A stretch of 64,000 nt of DNA from a virus. Location of the stretch: positions 1-64,000 of the IMG/VR virus record IMGVR_UViG_3300030098_002071; one strand, given 5' to 3'. Both the position numbers and the translations under genes were made by a program. Below the pieces are notes generated by a model. The model was not told where the DNA came from and did not search any database. It saw only the letters and a list, made by a program, of their open reading frames with translations. Positions 56,960-64,000 of the stretch are shown piece after piece. Each line of letters begins with the position of its first letter. Position 1 is the first letter of the stretch.

Positions 56960-57469
56960 TTAAGAAGGTATTTCCGTCCAAATTGTACTAGGTTCTGTTA
57001 TTTCCGTCCAACTACCGGAAGGGCCGTTTGATATCTCTGACCACTGTCCATCTGGGCCTTCTGGGACAGTTGCAAAGAATCCCGCAATACCACCTTCACC
57101 TGCGGTTATAAGTAATCCATCAACACTAATTCCAGCACCTCCCCCCGGTGTTACATTATTAGTAGCAGAAATAACAACACCTGCAGTAGTAACTGTTATA
57201 TTTCCTGTTCCAGTAAGAGTAACGCTTGCTACCCCAGAAGTAATAGCCCCTGCAGTAGTTAAAGTAACCCCTGCCCCACCAGCAACTGTAACGCTAGATA
57301 ACCCAGATGTTATTGCACCTGCAGTAGTAACTGTTATATTCCCCGCCCCACTAGGAGTAACACTAGCAACAGATGAAGTTATAGCTTGTCCTGTTAAGGT
57401 TATCGCCCCATTAACATTAAAGTTACCATCTGAAAAACCTGTAGCTGAATATTGGGGCGTACCAAACAT
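56960..57469 (-). CDS. Gly/Thr/Val repeat virion protein
   Basis: About 23-aa TTAGAITSG repeats and three C-terminal W(S/T)EI repeats. Confidence 0.7.
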   Translation of the reverse strand: MFGTPQYSATGFSDGNFNVNGAITLTGQAITSSVASVTPSGAGNITVTTAGAITSGLSSVTVAGGAGVTLTTAGAITSGVASVTLTGTGNITVTTAGVVISATNNVTPGGGAGISVDGLLITAGEGGIAGFFATVPEGPDGQWSEISNGPSGSWTEITEPSTIWTEIPS

Positions 57470-57577
57470 TTATTCATCCAAACTGTTTAAATATATTATA
57501 TAAATTAAAAGTATTACAAACCCTACTAAAGACAATCCCGCCAAAACCAAAAAAACCACTTCTCCAAACAGCAACAC
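57470..57577 (-). CDS. Possible 35-aa membrane peptide (not in the ORF track)
   Basis: GTG start, fully hydrophobic, fills the gap. Confidence 0.35.
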   Translation of the reverse strand: MLLFGEVVFLVLAGLSLVGFVILLIYIIYLNSLDE

Positions 57578-57588
57578 CTTTGAACAAC

Positions 57589-57792
57589 TCAAATTTGTGT
57601 CTTACTCACTGCCGTCAAATAAGCAGTTTTTACAGAGTCCGTGTGATGCTCCGCAACTAGAGCTTTTATCTCATCACTCTCAGAACTTGTGTCATCAAGA
57701 GGCGAAATAGTTCGCCTGTGTATCGCACCGTCTGTCTCCTCTCGTATCTCTATAAATTTAAACTCTCCAACCACTCTTGTTGTCACATTCAT
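57589..57792 (-). CDS. Putative tail fibre assembly chaperone
   Basis: HRRTI.P..D.S.E..EIK motif directly after a DDYEEGT-type fibre. Confidence 0.65.
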   Translation of the reverse strand: MNVTTRVVGEFKFIEIREETDGAIHRRTISPLDDTSSESDEIKALVAEHHTDSVKTAYLTAVSKTQI

Positions 57793-57804
57793 TTGTCGTT
57801 TTCC

Positions 57805-59106
57805 TTATGTTGTGAAATACCTCAAACTGAGCATAAAGTCGGTGTTGTTAGCTAAAAATTGTGCTCCTGTATTCACCTGCAAAGTTGACCCCCCAAAACT
57901 TGTTGCAAGAGAAAAGCTGGCGGCATTGGCCGTGGCAATTGCATAAACTTGATTTGCCGTAATTGTTCCAGAACTCCCCGCAAAGTTTAACCCGTAATGC
58001 AAAAGCGTGCCACTTGGCACAGAATGGTTACTGGCCGTAAAGGGCAGACTTACAAGGAACGTACCCGTTCCCGACCCCAAACTTGTTAAAGTAACCCGAC
58101 AAGTGATATGGCATATACGTCCTATTTTTGTGTAAAATCCAGCACTGTTCGACTGTGTGGTACTAGAGCCACCTACTGTAGCGGTAGCCGTGAACGTCCC
58201 CTCTTCGTAATCGTCCAAAGTGTTCGCATCTGAACTAGCAACTTGCGTGGCTGGAAACGCCACGCCTTTGGCGACAGTTGCAATTTCTGCCAGTGTAACT
58301 TTTCCATCGGATGCGATGGTTATGGCATCCGTGTCAGACGCACTACCAATTGTTTTCCCATCGCCAATGACGAGATCGTCAGCTATGGTCAATAGTCCTG
58401 CGGAACTTAGCGACATTTTTTCAGCCGCCGCCTCAGAACTCGCAGTCTTAAAACTCAACTTAGTAGCGTTGCTACTGCTACTGAAGTCGCCCTCGGATAC
58501 AGCCTCAATTCCTGCTGCAACCAACAATGCGTCGGTGCCTGTGCCCTCGTCAGGAGCCTGAAAATTTATTACTCCCAACTTATCATCAGCAGCAATATCA
58601 GTATCGCCAGTTTGTAATAATAATGTTGCCGGACTAGAACTCGTGGCTGGGTTTTTAATTGTTAACTTGGTAGCAATGTTCAAATCAACTAATAAATCGT
58701 AAACAGCACCACTAGACCCAGCACCGTCTGTGGCAACCATTTTCACGTCGCCATTAGGAATAGTAATAGTAGCACCTGAGCCTTGTTTAATTGTTATAGC
58801 TTTACCGCCTGTGGTGGCGTTTTCTATAATCCAAACTTTAGATAATGTGTTTGGAGCAAGGGTCACTTCTCTATCTGCACTAAGTGAAGTAGAAGTAATT
58901 TTCAAATATAAAGATCTTGCCTCATCTGTTGCACCATCAGCTACTGTAATAGTAGTATTAGCATCACTGCCCAAGTTTTCGGTGCCATAGCTAAACGCTT
59001 CAGCAATCAGCTCTAGGTTAGTATTGGTGACATTTCCCCATGTACCAGAGGCATCACCTGTTGCCATCTCATTGAGTCGTAAATCATTTACATAACTACT
59101 AGCCAT
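57805..59106 (-). CDS. Tail fibre protein spanning the A/B junction
   Basis: MASSY...SGTWG anchor; C-terminal LDDYEEGTFT...YTKIGR...SLPF tip. Confidence 0.8.
   Translation of the reverse strand: MASSYVNDLRLNEMATGDASGTWGNVTNTNLELIAEAFSYGTENLGSDANTTITVADGATDEARSLYLKITSTSLSADREVTLAPNTLSKVWIIENATTGGKAITIKQGSGATITIPNGDVKMVATDGAGSSGAVYDLLVDLNIATKLTIKNPATSSSPATLLLQTGDTDIAADDKLGVINFQAPDEGTGTDALLVAAGIEAVSEGDFSSSSNATKLSFKTASSEAAAEKMSLSSAGLLTIADDLVIGDGKTIGSASDTDAITIASDGKVTLAEIATVAKGVAFPATQVASSDANTLDDYEEGTFTATATVGGSSTTQSNSAGFYTKIGRICHITCRVTLTSLGSGTGTFLVSLPFTASNHSVPSGTLLHYGLNFAGSSGTITANQVYAIATANAASFSLATSFGGSTLQVNTGAQFLANNTDFMLSLRYFTT
58064..58350. repeat. Direct repeat of 1-287
   Basis: About 95% nucleotide identity. 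Confidence 0.95.
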
Positions 59107-59116
59107 AACTAAACTC

Positions 59117-59533
59117 CTAGTCTATCCTAATTATTGCATTTGTTCCTGCTGCTGGAAATACAATTTTGAATGTCCCACTAGAAACTGTAAAGTCACCACC
59201 AAAATCTAAAACAGCTATTGCTTTATCTCCATTAGTGTCATTATAAATCAATGCACCTCGTGCAGTAAAACTAGCTGAAGTCCATGTTGGATCATCAGCA
59301 TCAAAAAAAGCTGTAGTGCCAGAGGTTGAAACCGTAGTGCTAGTCAAAGCAACTCCCCCAGCAGTATAACCACTACCACTAACTTCGTTGCTTGTTGAAT
59401 AAGCTGTGGTACTAGCACCAAGACTCGCACTGCTAGTAAACAACGCCACTTTAATTGTATCTGATGCAAGGTCATGCTGTTCGTCTAAAATTTCTGATTT
59501 AAACGAAGTGCACATTGCTTGTGTAATTGCCAT
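59117..59533 (-). CDS. Virion structural protein (MAITQA family), copy B
   Basis: Clear homolog of 997-1446. Confidence 0.75.
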   Translation of the reverse strand: MAITQAMCTSFKSEILDEQHDLASDTIKVALFTSSASLGASTTAYSTSNEVSGSGYTAGGVALTSTTVSTSGTTAFFDADDPTWTSASFTARGALIYNDTNGDKAIAVLDFGGDFTVSSGTFKIVFPAAGTNAIIRID

Positions 59534-60159
59534 TAAATCCCTCCGCTGTATTCTGCCGTGTAATCACGAGCCATTTCTTGTTGAAACAATTGTATTGCCT
59601 CGTCAAACTGTCCTTTATATAATTTTAGCGTTTCTCCAGCTTTAAGAAAAGCTGAAGTTTCATATAAAGCACCAGAGAGTAGTACATTCTCTGCATTATC
59701 TCCTATCCAAGTGTTAGTATTTGATGAAGATAAACCTGTTTCTGGTGATATGAAGTCTACCTGATAAGAAAGAGTAGCACTAGGAGTTGGAGCTAAAGTT
59801 ATTACTGTGCCTGAAGTTGTAGCATTTTTAGTGCTGTACATTATTGGTGTACCTGTTGTTGCTGAGTTTTTCCAGTAATCTCTTAAATAGGAATCTATTC
59901 TATGATCTAAATAATTAACATTACTACTAGAGTCTGTTAAAGAAACCTGACGTATCATCCTAGCATTAGCAACAGTGTATTCCGAAGTTCCTACAACAAA
60001 TGTTCCTGTGACTGAGTTTCTGAAACAAGGTAAGCTCGGCAACTTTTGGAAAATCATTTCTTCAGTCTGAGCAATTATTACATTAATAGAGTCTGATAGC
60101 TCAGTTGAATCGTCCTCTATAAAATTTTTAATATTAGCAACCAATTCTGTATAATTCAT
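59533..60159 (-). CDS. Putative connector/tail tubular protein, copy B
   Basis: Homolog of 1736-2368; start moved to MNYTEL. Confidence 0.7.
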   Translation of the reverse strand: MNYTELVANIKNFIEDDSTELSDSINVIIAQTEEMIFQKLPSLPCFRNSVTGTFVVGTSEYTVANARMIRQVSLTDSSSNVNYLDHRIDSYLRDYWKNSATTGTPIMYSTKNATTSGTVITLAPTPSATLSYQVDFISPETGLSSSNTNTWIGDNAENVLLSGALYETSAFLKAGETLKLYKGQFDEAIQLFQQEMARDYTAEYSGGI

Positions 60160-60160
60160 A

Positions 60161-60967
60161 TTAACGTCCCCAAGTTCCAGAACCCCAAGTGTCTTCACCC
60201 CAAGCTCTGTTTGTTTCTATCGAAACGCTGCCAACCGCACCTGTACCAGCAACTCCTGTTTCAGTGATAGATGCTTCTGGAACTTCTGTTCCAACCGCAC
60301 CTGTAGCAGCAACTCCCACCTCTGTAATTGAGGTTTCAAATGTTTCTGTCCCTATTGCTCCCGCACCAGAAACTCCTGTTTCAGTTATAGATGCCTCTGG
60401 GACTTCTGTTCCTACTGCACCTGTACCAGCCAGCCCTGTTTCAGTGATAGATGCCTCTAGTGCTTCTGTTCCCACTGCACCTGTAGCAGCAACTCCTGTT
60501 TCAGTGATAGATGTTTCAAGTACTTCTGTTCCCACTGCACCTGTACCAGCCAGCCCTGTTTCAGTTATAGATGCCTCTGGTGTTTCTGTTCCTATTGCTC
60601 CAGTGCCTGCAACTCCACTTGGCTCTGTGTCCGTAGATATAAGCAGATCTGTTCTAGGGTCAAAACCAACCCCACCCACAGCATTTACTCCTACTCCTGG
60701 ACGCAGTCTAGGGTCAGTAAATATATCTCCATAATTATAACCTACAAAAAAACTTACATCATCAGGATCAGAACTCGGTCTAGGCTTAAAGAGTGATGTT
60801 GCATCAATTACATTCCTAGGAGGTCTTAGTTGAGGGTGCTTTTTATCATACTCCTCTGGCTCAACTCTTAAACCTTTCCAAGTAGTCTTCAACGATTTAT
60901 ACGGCACTTTAAATCCACTAATATCGCTCATAGCGACTGATTTTTTGCCTTTTGCGTATTTAACCAC
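60161..60967 (-). CDS. Virion protein: conserved N-domain plus seven 20-aa repeats
   Basis: N-terminus like 2832-3170; ETG(V/L)AGTGAVGTEV.E.SIT repeats; WG..TWGSGTWG end. Confidence 0.75.
   Translation of the reverse strand: MVKYAKGKKSVAMSDISGFKVPYKSLKTTWKGLRVEPEEYDKKHPQLRPPRNVIDATSLFKPRPSSDPDDVSFFVGYNYGDIFTDPRLRPGVGVNAVGGVGFDPRTDLLISTDTEPSGVAGTGAIGTETPEASITETGLAGTGAVGTEVLETSITETGVAATGAVGTEALEASITETGLAGTGAVGTEVPEASITETGVSGAGAIGTETFETSITEVGVAATGAVGTEVPEASITETGVAGTGAVGSVSIETNRAWGEDTWGSGTWGR
60200..60620. repeat. 60-bp coding tandem repeat, about 7 copies
   Basis: Successive 60-nt lines align. Confidence 0.9.
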
Positions 60968-61288
60968 TTAGCTCACCGATATTGTAAAATTTCCTATTGT
61001 GCCTTTTGCAGCAATGCCGACATTTATTTTATTTCTATCTTGTGTTAAAGAATAATTGTAGCCTACAAAAAAAGCAACCTCTTCCTGATCTGCATCTGCT
61101 CTAGGTTTAAAAAGTGCAACAGCATCTATTATATTTTTCCTAGGAGTTAACTGAGGTTGTTTGTGATCGTACTCTTCTGGTTCAACTTTCAGCCCATCCC
61201 AAGTAGTTTTTAGTTTCCTATACGGAACTTCAAAACCTGTGATATCACTAATTGCTACTGATTTTTTGCCTTTTGCTCGCCTAAGCAT
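60968..61288 (-). CDS. Tandem paralog of the N-domain of 60161-60967
   Basis: AKGKKSVA.SDI.GF.VPY..LKTTW.GL.VEPEEYD shared. Confidence 0.75.
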   Translation of the reverse strand: MLRRAKGKKSVAISDITGFEVPYRKLKTTWDGLKVEPEEYDHKQPQLTPRKNIIDAVALFKPRADADQEEVAFFVGYNYSLTQDRNKINVGIAAKGTIGNFTISVS

Positions 61289-61289
61289 A

Positions 61290-61970
61290 CTATGATAAAT
61301 TTAACCCTGTTGGACGAATCCTCATACTAACACCATCATTGTCTGTAGAGGCTGCAAATTCAAAAGCCCTTTCATAAACTTGGTTAAGAATATCAAATTT
61401 TTCTGGTTGATACTTCATAGCTAATTTACTTGCTAGTCCTGCACAAATACAATCCGACCACCTATAGGGCACATCTGCATCTTGATTAGACTCTGTGATA
61501 TCTTCTAATTGGTTTATTGACCAATAAACTAAACTATAAGAAGTGTCTTCAGGAACTTGCCATATGTAAATTACAGGTGTGTACTGTTTATCAATCATAT
61601 ACTGACTAGGCTTACCAGAAGAGCTTTTATTAGGCAGTTGATTATAGTCTGCTATGCTAATTCTTTCTACAGAAGTATCTGTTGTTGTGCTACCAACCGT
61701 TTCTCTCACCACAACATCAATTAAATCTATTGTACCAACAGGCAAAGTATAATTTTTCGTGTCTGCTGCAAGGCTAAGAGTATTATTCTGAACAGCCCAA
61801 TAGTTTATACCTCTATTGGACCATTCGGAAAAAAGCATGTTTAAACTGCGTCGAGCTGATTCAGCATGATAACCTGTGCGAGTTTGAGCATCAATACCAC
61901 AACGTTCGTATGCTTCGGAAATTATTTCCTCTACATTAGGTCTAAATGCGACTGTGCCTGAAGTTGTCAT
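61290..61970 (-). CDS. Putative head-tail adaptor, copy B
   Basis: Homolog of 3335-4021. Confidence 0.7.
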   Translation of the reverse strand: MTTSGTVAFRPNVEEIISEAYERCGIDAQTRTGYHAESARRSLNMLFSEWSNRGINYWAVQNNTLSLAADTKNYTLPVGTIDLIDVVVRETVGSTTTDTSVERISIADYNQLPNKSSSGKPSQYMIDKQYTPVIYIWQVPEDTSYSLVYWSINQLEDITESNQDADVPYRWSDCICAGLASKLAMKYQPEKFDILNQVYERAFEFAASTDNDGVSMRIRPTGLNLS

Positions 61971-62383
61971 TAGTATTGCTTTATTGCTCGGATAACAACT
62001 TGGTAAGCATCACCTGTTGCACCTGCACCAGTAGTGGTAAATTTTATATCGCCTGTACCATTAGTTCCATAACCAGAGCTCGTAGGCAACCCTCCTAATG
62101 TAGAAAAGTTTTGGTAACCGCTTTGCCCTTCTGTTAAATGCAACATAATAACGTCTGTGTCTGCGTCAGCCAACACCTCTACAGTCATTGCGGATATAAC
62201 CCACCATATTTCTGCTATCCGAACTCCTGTGCAAGCACTACCATCTGCACTATTACTTAACCCAGATACATCTATTTTAAGCACAGCACTTTCATTACCT
62301 GTGTCAACATATTGATACTGAAAAGCGTAAACGACCTCACGAGTGCTTTCTGATATTTTAGTTGATGTTGTAATGTCTGCCAT
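61970..62383 (-). CDS. Virion protein
   Basis: G.ESAV.KIDVS.L, TGDI.FTT motifs; occupies the slot of 5135-5416. Confidence 0.65.
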   Translation of the reverse strand: MADITTSTKISESTREVVYAFQYQYVDTGNESAVLKIDVSGLSNSADGSACTGVRIAEIWWVISAMTVEVLADADTDVIMLHLTEGQSGYQNFSTLGGLPTSSGYGTNGTGDIKFTTTGAGATGDAYQVVIRAIKQY

Positions 62384-62398
62384 AATCTATCCTCCTTA

Positions 62399-62881
62399 CT
62401 AAGAAGCGTCAGAAGAACTAGATAGCCCAAAGAATTTCATAACAACAGTAGTATCTGCTCCGGGATCTCCAGAGAGAACAATCTCAACCTCATCTGCTGT
62501 GGCAGTGGCTGCTGTAGTAGCTCCTCCAGACATTCCTAAAACGCCATTGCAAGGGAAAAACCCTTTAAATCCCACTGAGTTTACTGCAGCTGAAATACCG
62601 TCTACAAATCCATCCGTATCGGCATCTGTGCCTATGTCTTGTAAATTAACAGCATTAGATGCAGCTCCAGTAACAGCTATCATTACACCCATTGGGATAA
62701 AATTAGAAGGAATACCAATAGCAGATTCTTTGCCTGTGGTATCACCGTCAGCAACGGTTACAGTTGCCACATAGGTTTCCATAGACATTGTATTAGTAAC
62801 AGCTCCTGTTGTGCTGTTAGTTATGATGGCATCGAAACCATCTTTGGACCGCACTGGTCCTGTGAATGTAGTATTAGCCAT
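62399..62881 (-). CDS. MANTTF-family capsid-associated protein, copy B
   Basis: 94% identical to 5431-5913. Confidence 0.75.
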   Translation of the reverse strand: MANTTFTGPVRSKDGFDAIITNSTTGAVTNTMSMETYVATVTVADGDTTGKESAIGIPSNFIPMGVMIAVTGAASNAVNLQDIGTDADTDGFVDGISAAVNSVGFKGFFPCNGVLGMSGGATTAATATADEVEIVLSGDPGADTTVVMKFFGLSSSSDAS

Positions 62882-62932
62882 AATTAATCTCCTGTCTTGG
62901 CTATTGTCAGCTTTACGCTGTCAGAAGTTAAA
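62882..62932 (-). ncRNA. Structured cis-RNA leader, copy B (Mu-gpT-DE-like)
   Basis: Near-identical to 5914-5962; changes fall in the loop/junction. Confidence 0.55.
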
Positions 62933-62935
62933 GAT

Positions 62936-62965
62936 TAAGGGGAAAGGCTATTGCCTTTCCCCTTA
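62936..62965 (-). terminator. Hairpin/terminator after capsid gene B
   Basis: TAAGGGGAAAGGC-4 nt-GCCTTTCCCCTTA, weak U-tract. Confidence 0.7.
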
Positions 62966-62970
62966 TTTTG

Positions 62971-63879
62971 TTATGCAGCTCCTTCGGAACCAAAAAGTCC
63001 ACGCCAATCAGTAAACCCGAAAGAATATCTTTCACGCACTTTATAGCGTACATTCCCTGTTTCAAAGTCACCTTCCATGCCCTTTTTAAGAGGAGAACGT
63101 TGGAACATTTTTAAGCCATCAGGAACATCAGTTTTGACGAAGAATGCATCCGAGTCTGAAAGTCTACGCATAATATGGTAGCCTTGTGGTAAGTAACCAC
63201 CAGACCTAATAGCATTGATGTCGTTATCAGCTGTGCCTGTTCTAAGCTGTGACTCTAGTAACCTTTCTGCCACAAAAGTGTAAGCAGTTGGGACAATTAA
63301 CATTGTGCCTTGTGCAGCAACCCTAAGTCCACGATCGTCTTTCATATCAGCAATCTGAATAAGAATAGACTCTAGTGAAGTTTCGGAAAGGTCTGCAGCA
63401 GTAGCCAATGTGTTACTTTGGTTCCCGTTACGAGTTGGATGAGATGTGCTTAAAAGAGTCACCCCATCACCACCTGTAAAGCCAGCAGTTGTTGCATTGT
63501 TAAGAATATTTGCTGCTTTAATTTCTTTAGTTGCTGCCATTGAACGTGCTAATGCTTTTGTGTAACGAGAAGCAATCGATCCATACTGGCCATCCTCTTC
63601 TGCCTCTTCTGTTATACTGAAAGCTAAAGCGATTGTTTCATGCTGATAGCGTGCAGTCCATTGCTGGCTTGCAGTATCATATGATATAGCAGCACCTTCA
63701 TTCTTAACCGGAGCATTACCAAACCCCTCTAACAAAACATCTTCTTCAAATGCTCTGTTTGAGCTATTGGCTTCGAACACCGGAGCGTGCTCTGGTGGAT
63801 AACTATCATACTCAAGACCGAAGAGGGTGTTCAATCCTGGCTCGAGCATTTTAGCAAATTGAGCTCTATTCATTGCCAT
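62971..63879 (-). CDS. Major capsid protein, copy B
   Basis: Same length (302 aa) and motifs as 6151-7059; roughly 60% identical over the N-terminal part by eye. Confidence 0.9.
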   Translation of the reverse strand: MAMNRAQFAKMLEPGLNTLFGLEYDSYPPEHAPVFEANSSNRAFEEDVLLEGFGNAPVKNEGAAISYDTASQQWTARYQHETIALAFSITEEAEEDGQYGSIASRYTKALARSMAATKEIKAANILNNATTAGFTGGDGVTLLSTSHPTRNGNQSNTLATAADLSETSLESILIQIADMKDDRGLRVAAQGTMLIVPTAYTFVAERLLESQLRTGTADNDINAIRSGGYLPQGYHIMRRLSDSDAFFVKTDVPDGLKMFQRSPLKKGMEGDFETGNVRYKVRERYSFGFTDWRGLFGSEGAA

Positions 63880-63895
63880 TGTTTATACCCTCCTA

Positions 63896-64000
63896 TTAAA
63901 TGCCAGCACTGTCTTTTAGAAGATGCTCGTTTATAAGCACTTCCATGACAGCGTTGGTTCCAAAAGAATTTTCAGGAGCATCATACAAAGCAATAATTTT
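63896..64000 (-). CDS. C-terminus of capsid cement/decoration protein, copy B (partial)
   Basis: KIIALYDAPENSFGTNAVMEVLINEHLLKDSAGI*; same slot as 7074-7709. Confidence 0.6.
   Translation of the reverse strand, partial: KIIALYDAPENSFGTNAVMEVLINEHLLKDSAGI

Larger units (their letters stand above)
1..58063. mobile_element. Bacteriophage genome A (podovirus-like, apparently complete and circularly permuted)
   Basis: Single set of terminase, portal, capsid, tail, lysis and replication genes; sequence at 1 recurs at 58064 and the join restores an in-frame tail fibre. Confidence 0.85.
58064..64000 (-). mobile_element. Second phage head/neck module (module B), homologous and syntenic to 1-7700
   Basis: Second copies of major capsid, MANTTF, adaptor, MNYTEL and MAITQA genes in the same order. 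Confidence 0.85.

Noticed and set aside
1-64000. Alternative genetic code or stop-codon recoding
   Set aside because: Large genes are full length under the standard code and coding density is high.

Overview
The whole window is AT-rich tailed-phage DNA. It looks like a podovirus of the uncultured aquatic type with a Mu gpT-like capsid, and I saw no integrase, RNA polymerase, tRNA or CRISPR array. Positions 1-58063 read as one complete, circularly permuted genome (phage A). Minus-strand virion and packaging genes lie at 1-14986 (tail fibre, adaptors, capsid, scaffold, GroES, portal, terminase). A divergent promoter- and repeat-rich early region starts near 15.0 kb and is followed by a DUF3150-like/AAA/metallopeptidase-VWA trio, many small ORFs and a PolA-exonuclease-SNF2-SSB-primase/helicase module (to 37.1 kb). 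Minus-strand ejection, tail and lysis genes fill 37.1-58.0 kb. Position 1 matches 58064 (68 identical bp, about 95% over 287 bp), and joining the two restores an in-frame 414-aa tail fibre. From 58064 to 64000 there is a second, diverged head/neck module with its own major capsid gene (module B). The simplest reading is an assembly chimera between two related phages that recently exchanged modules; a real two-capsid genome is not excluded. The strongest non-coding signals are a 30-bp double-palindrome repeated six times across the early/middle region, a structured RNA leader downstream of both capsid genes, cassette-like intergenic repeats, and a 50-bp piece of the primase gene copied onto the end of an unrelated gene. 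Family assignments come from motif recognition by eye, not database searches.
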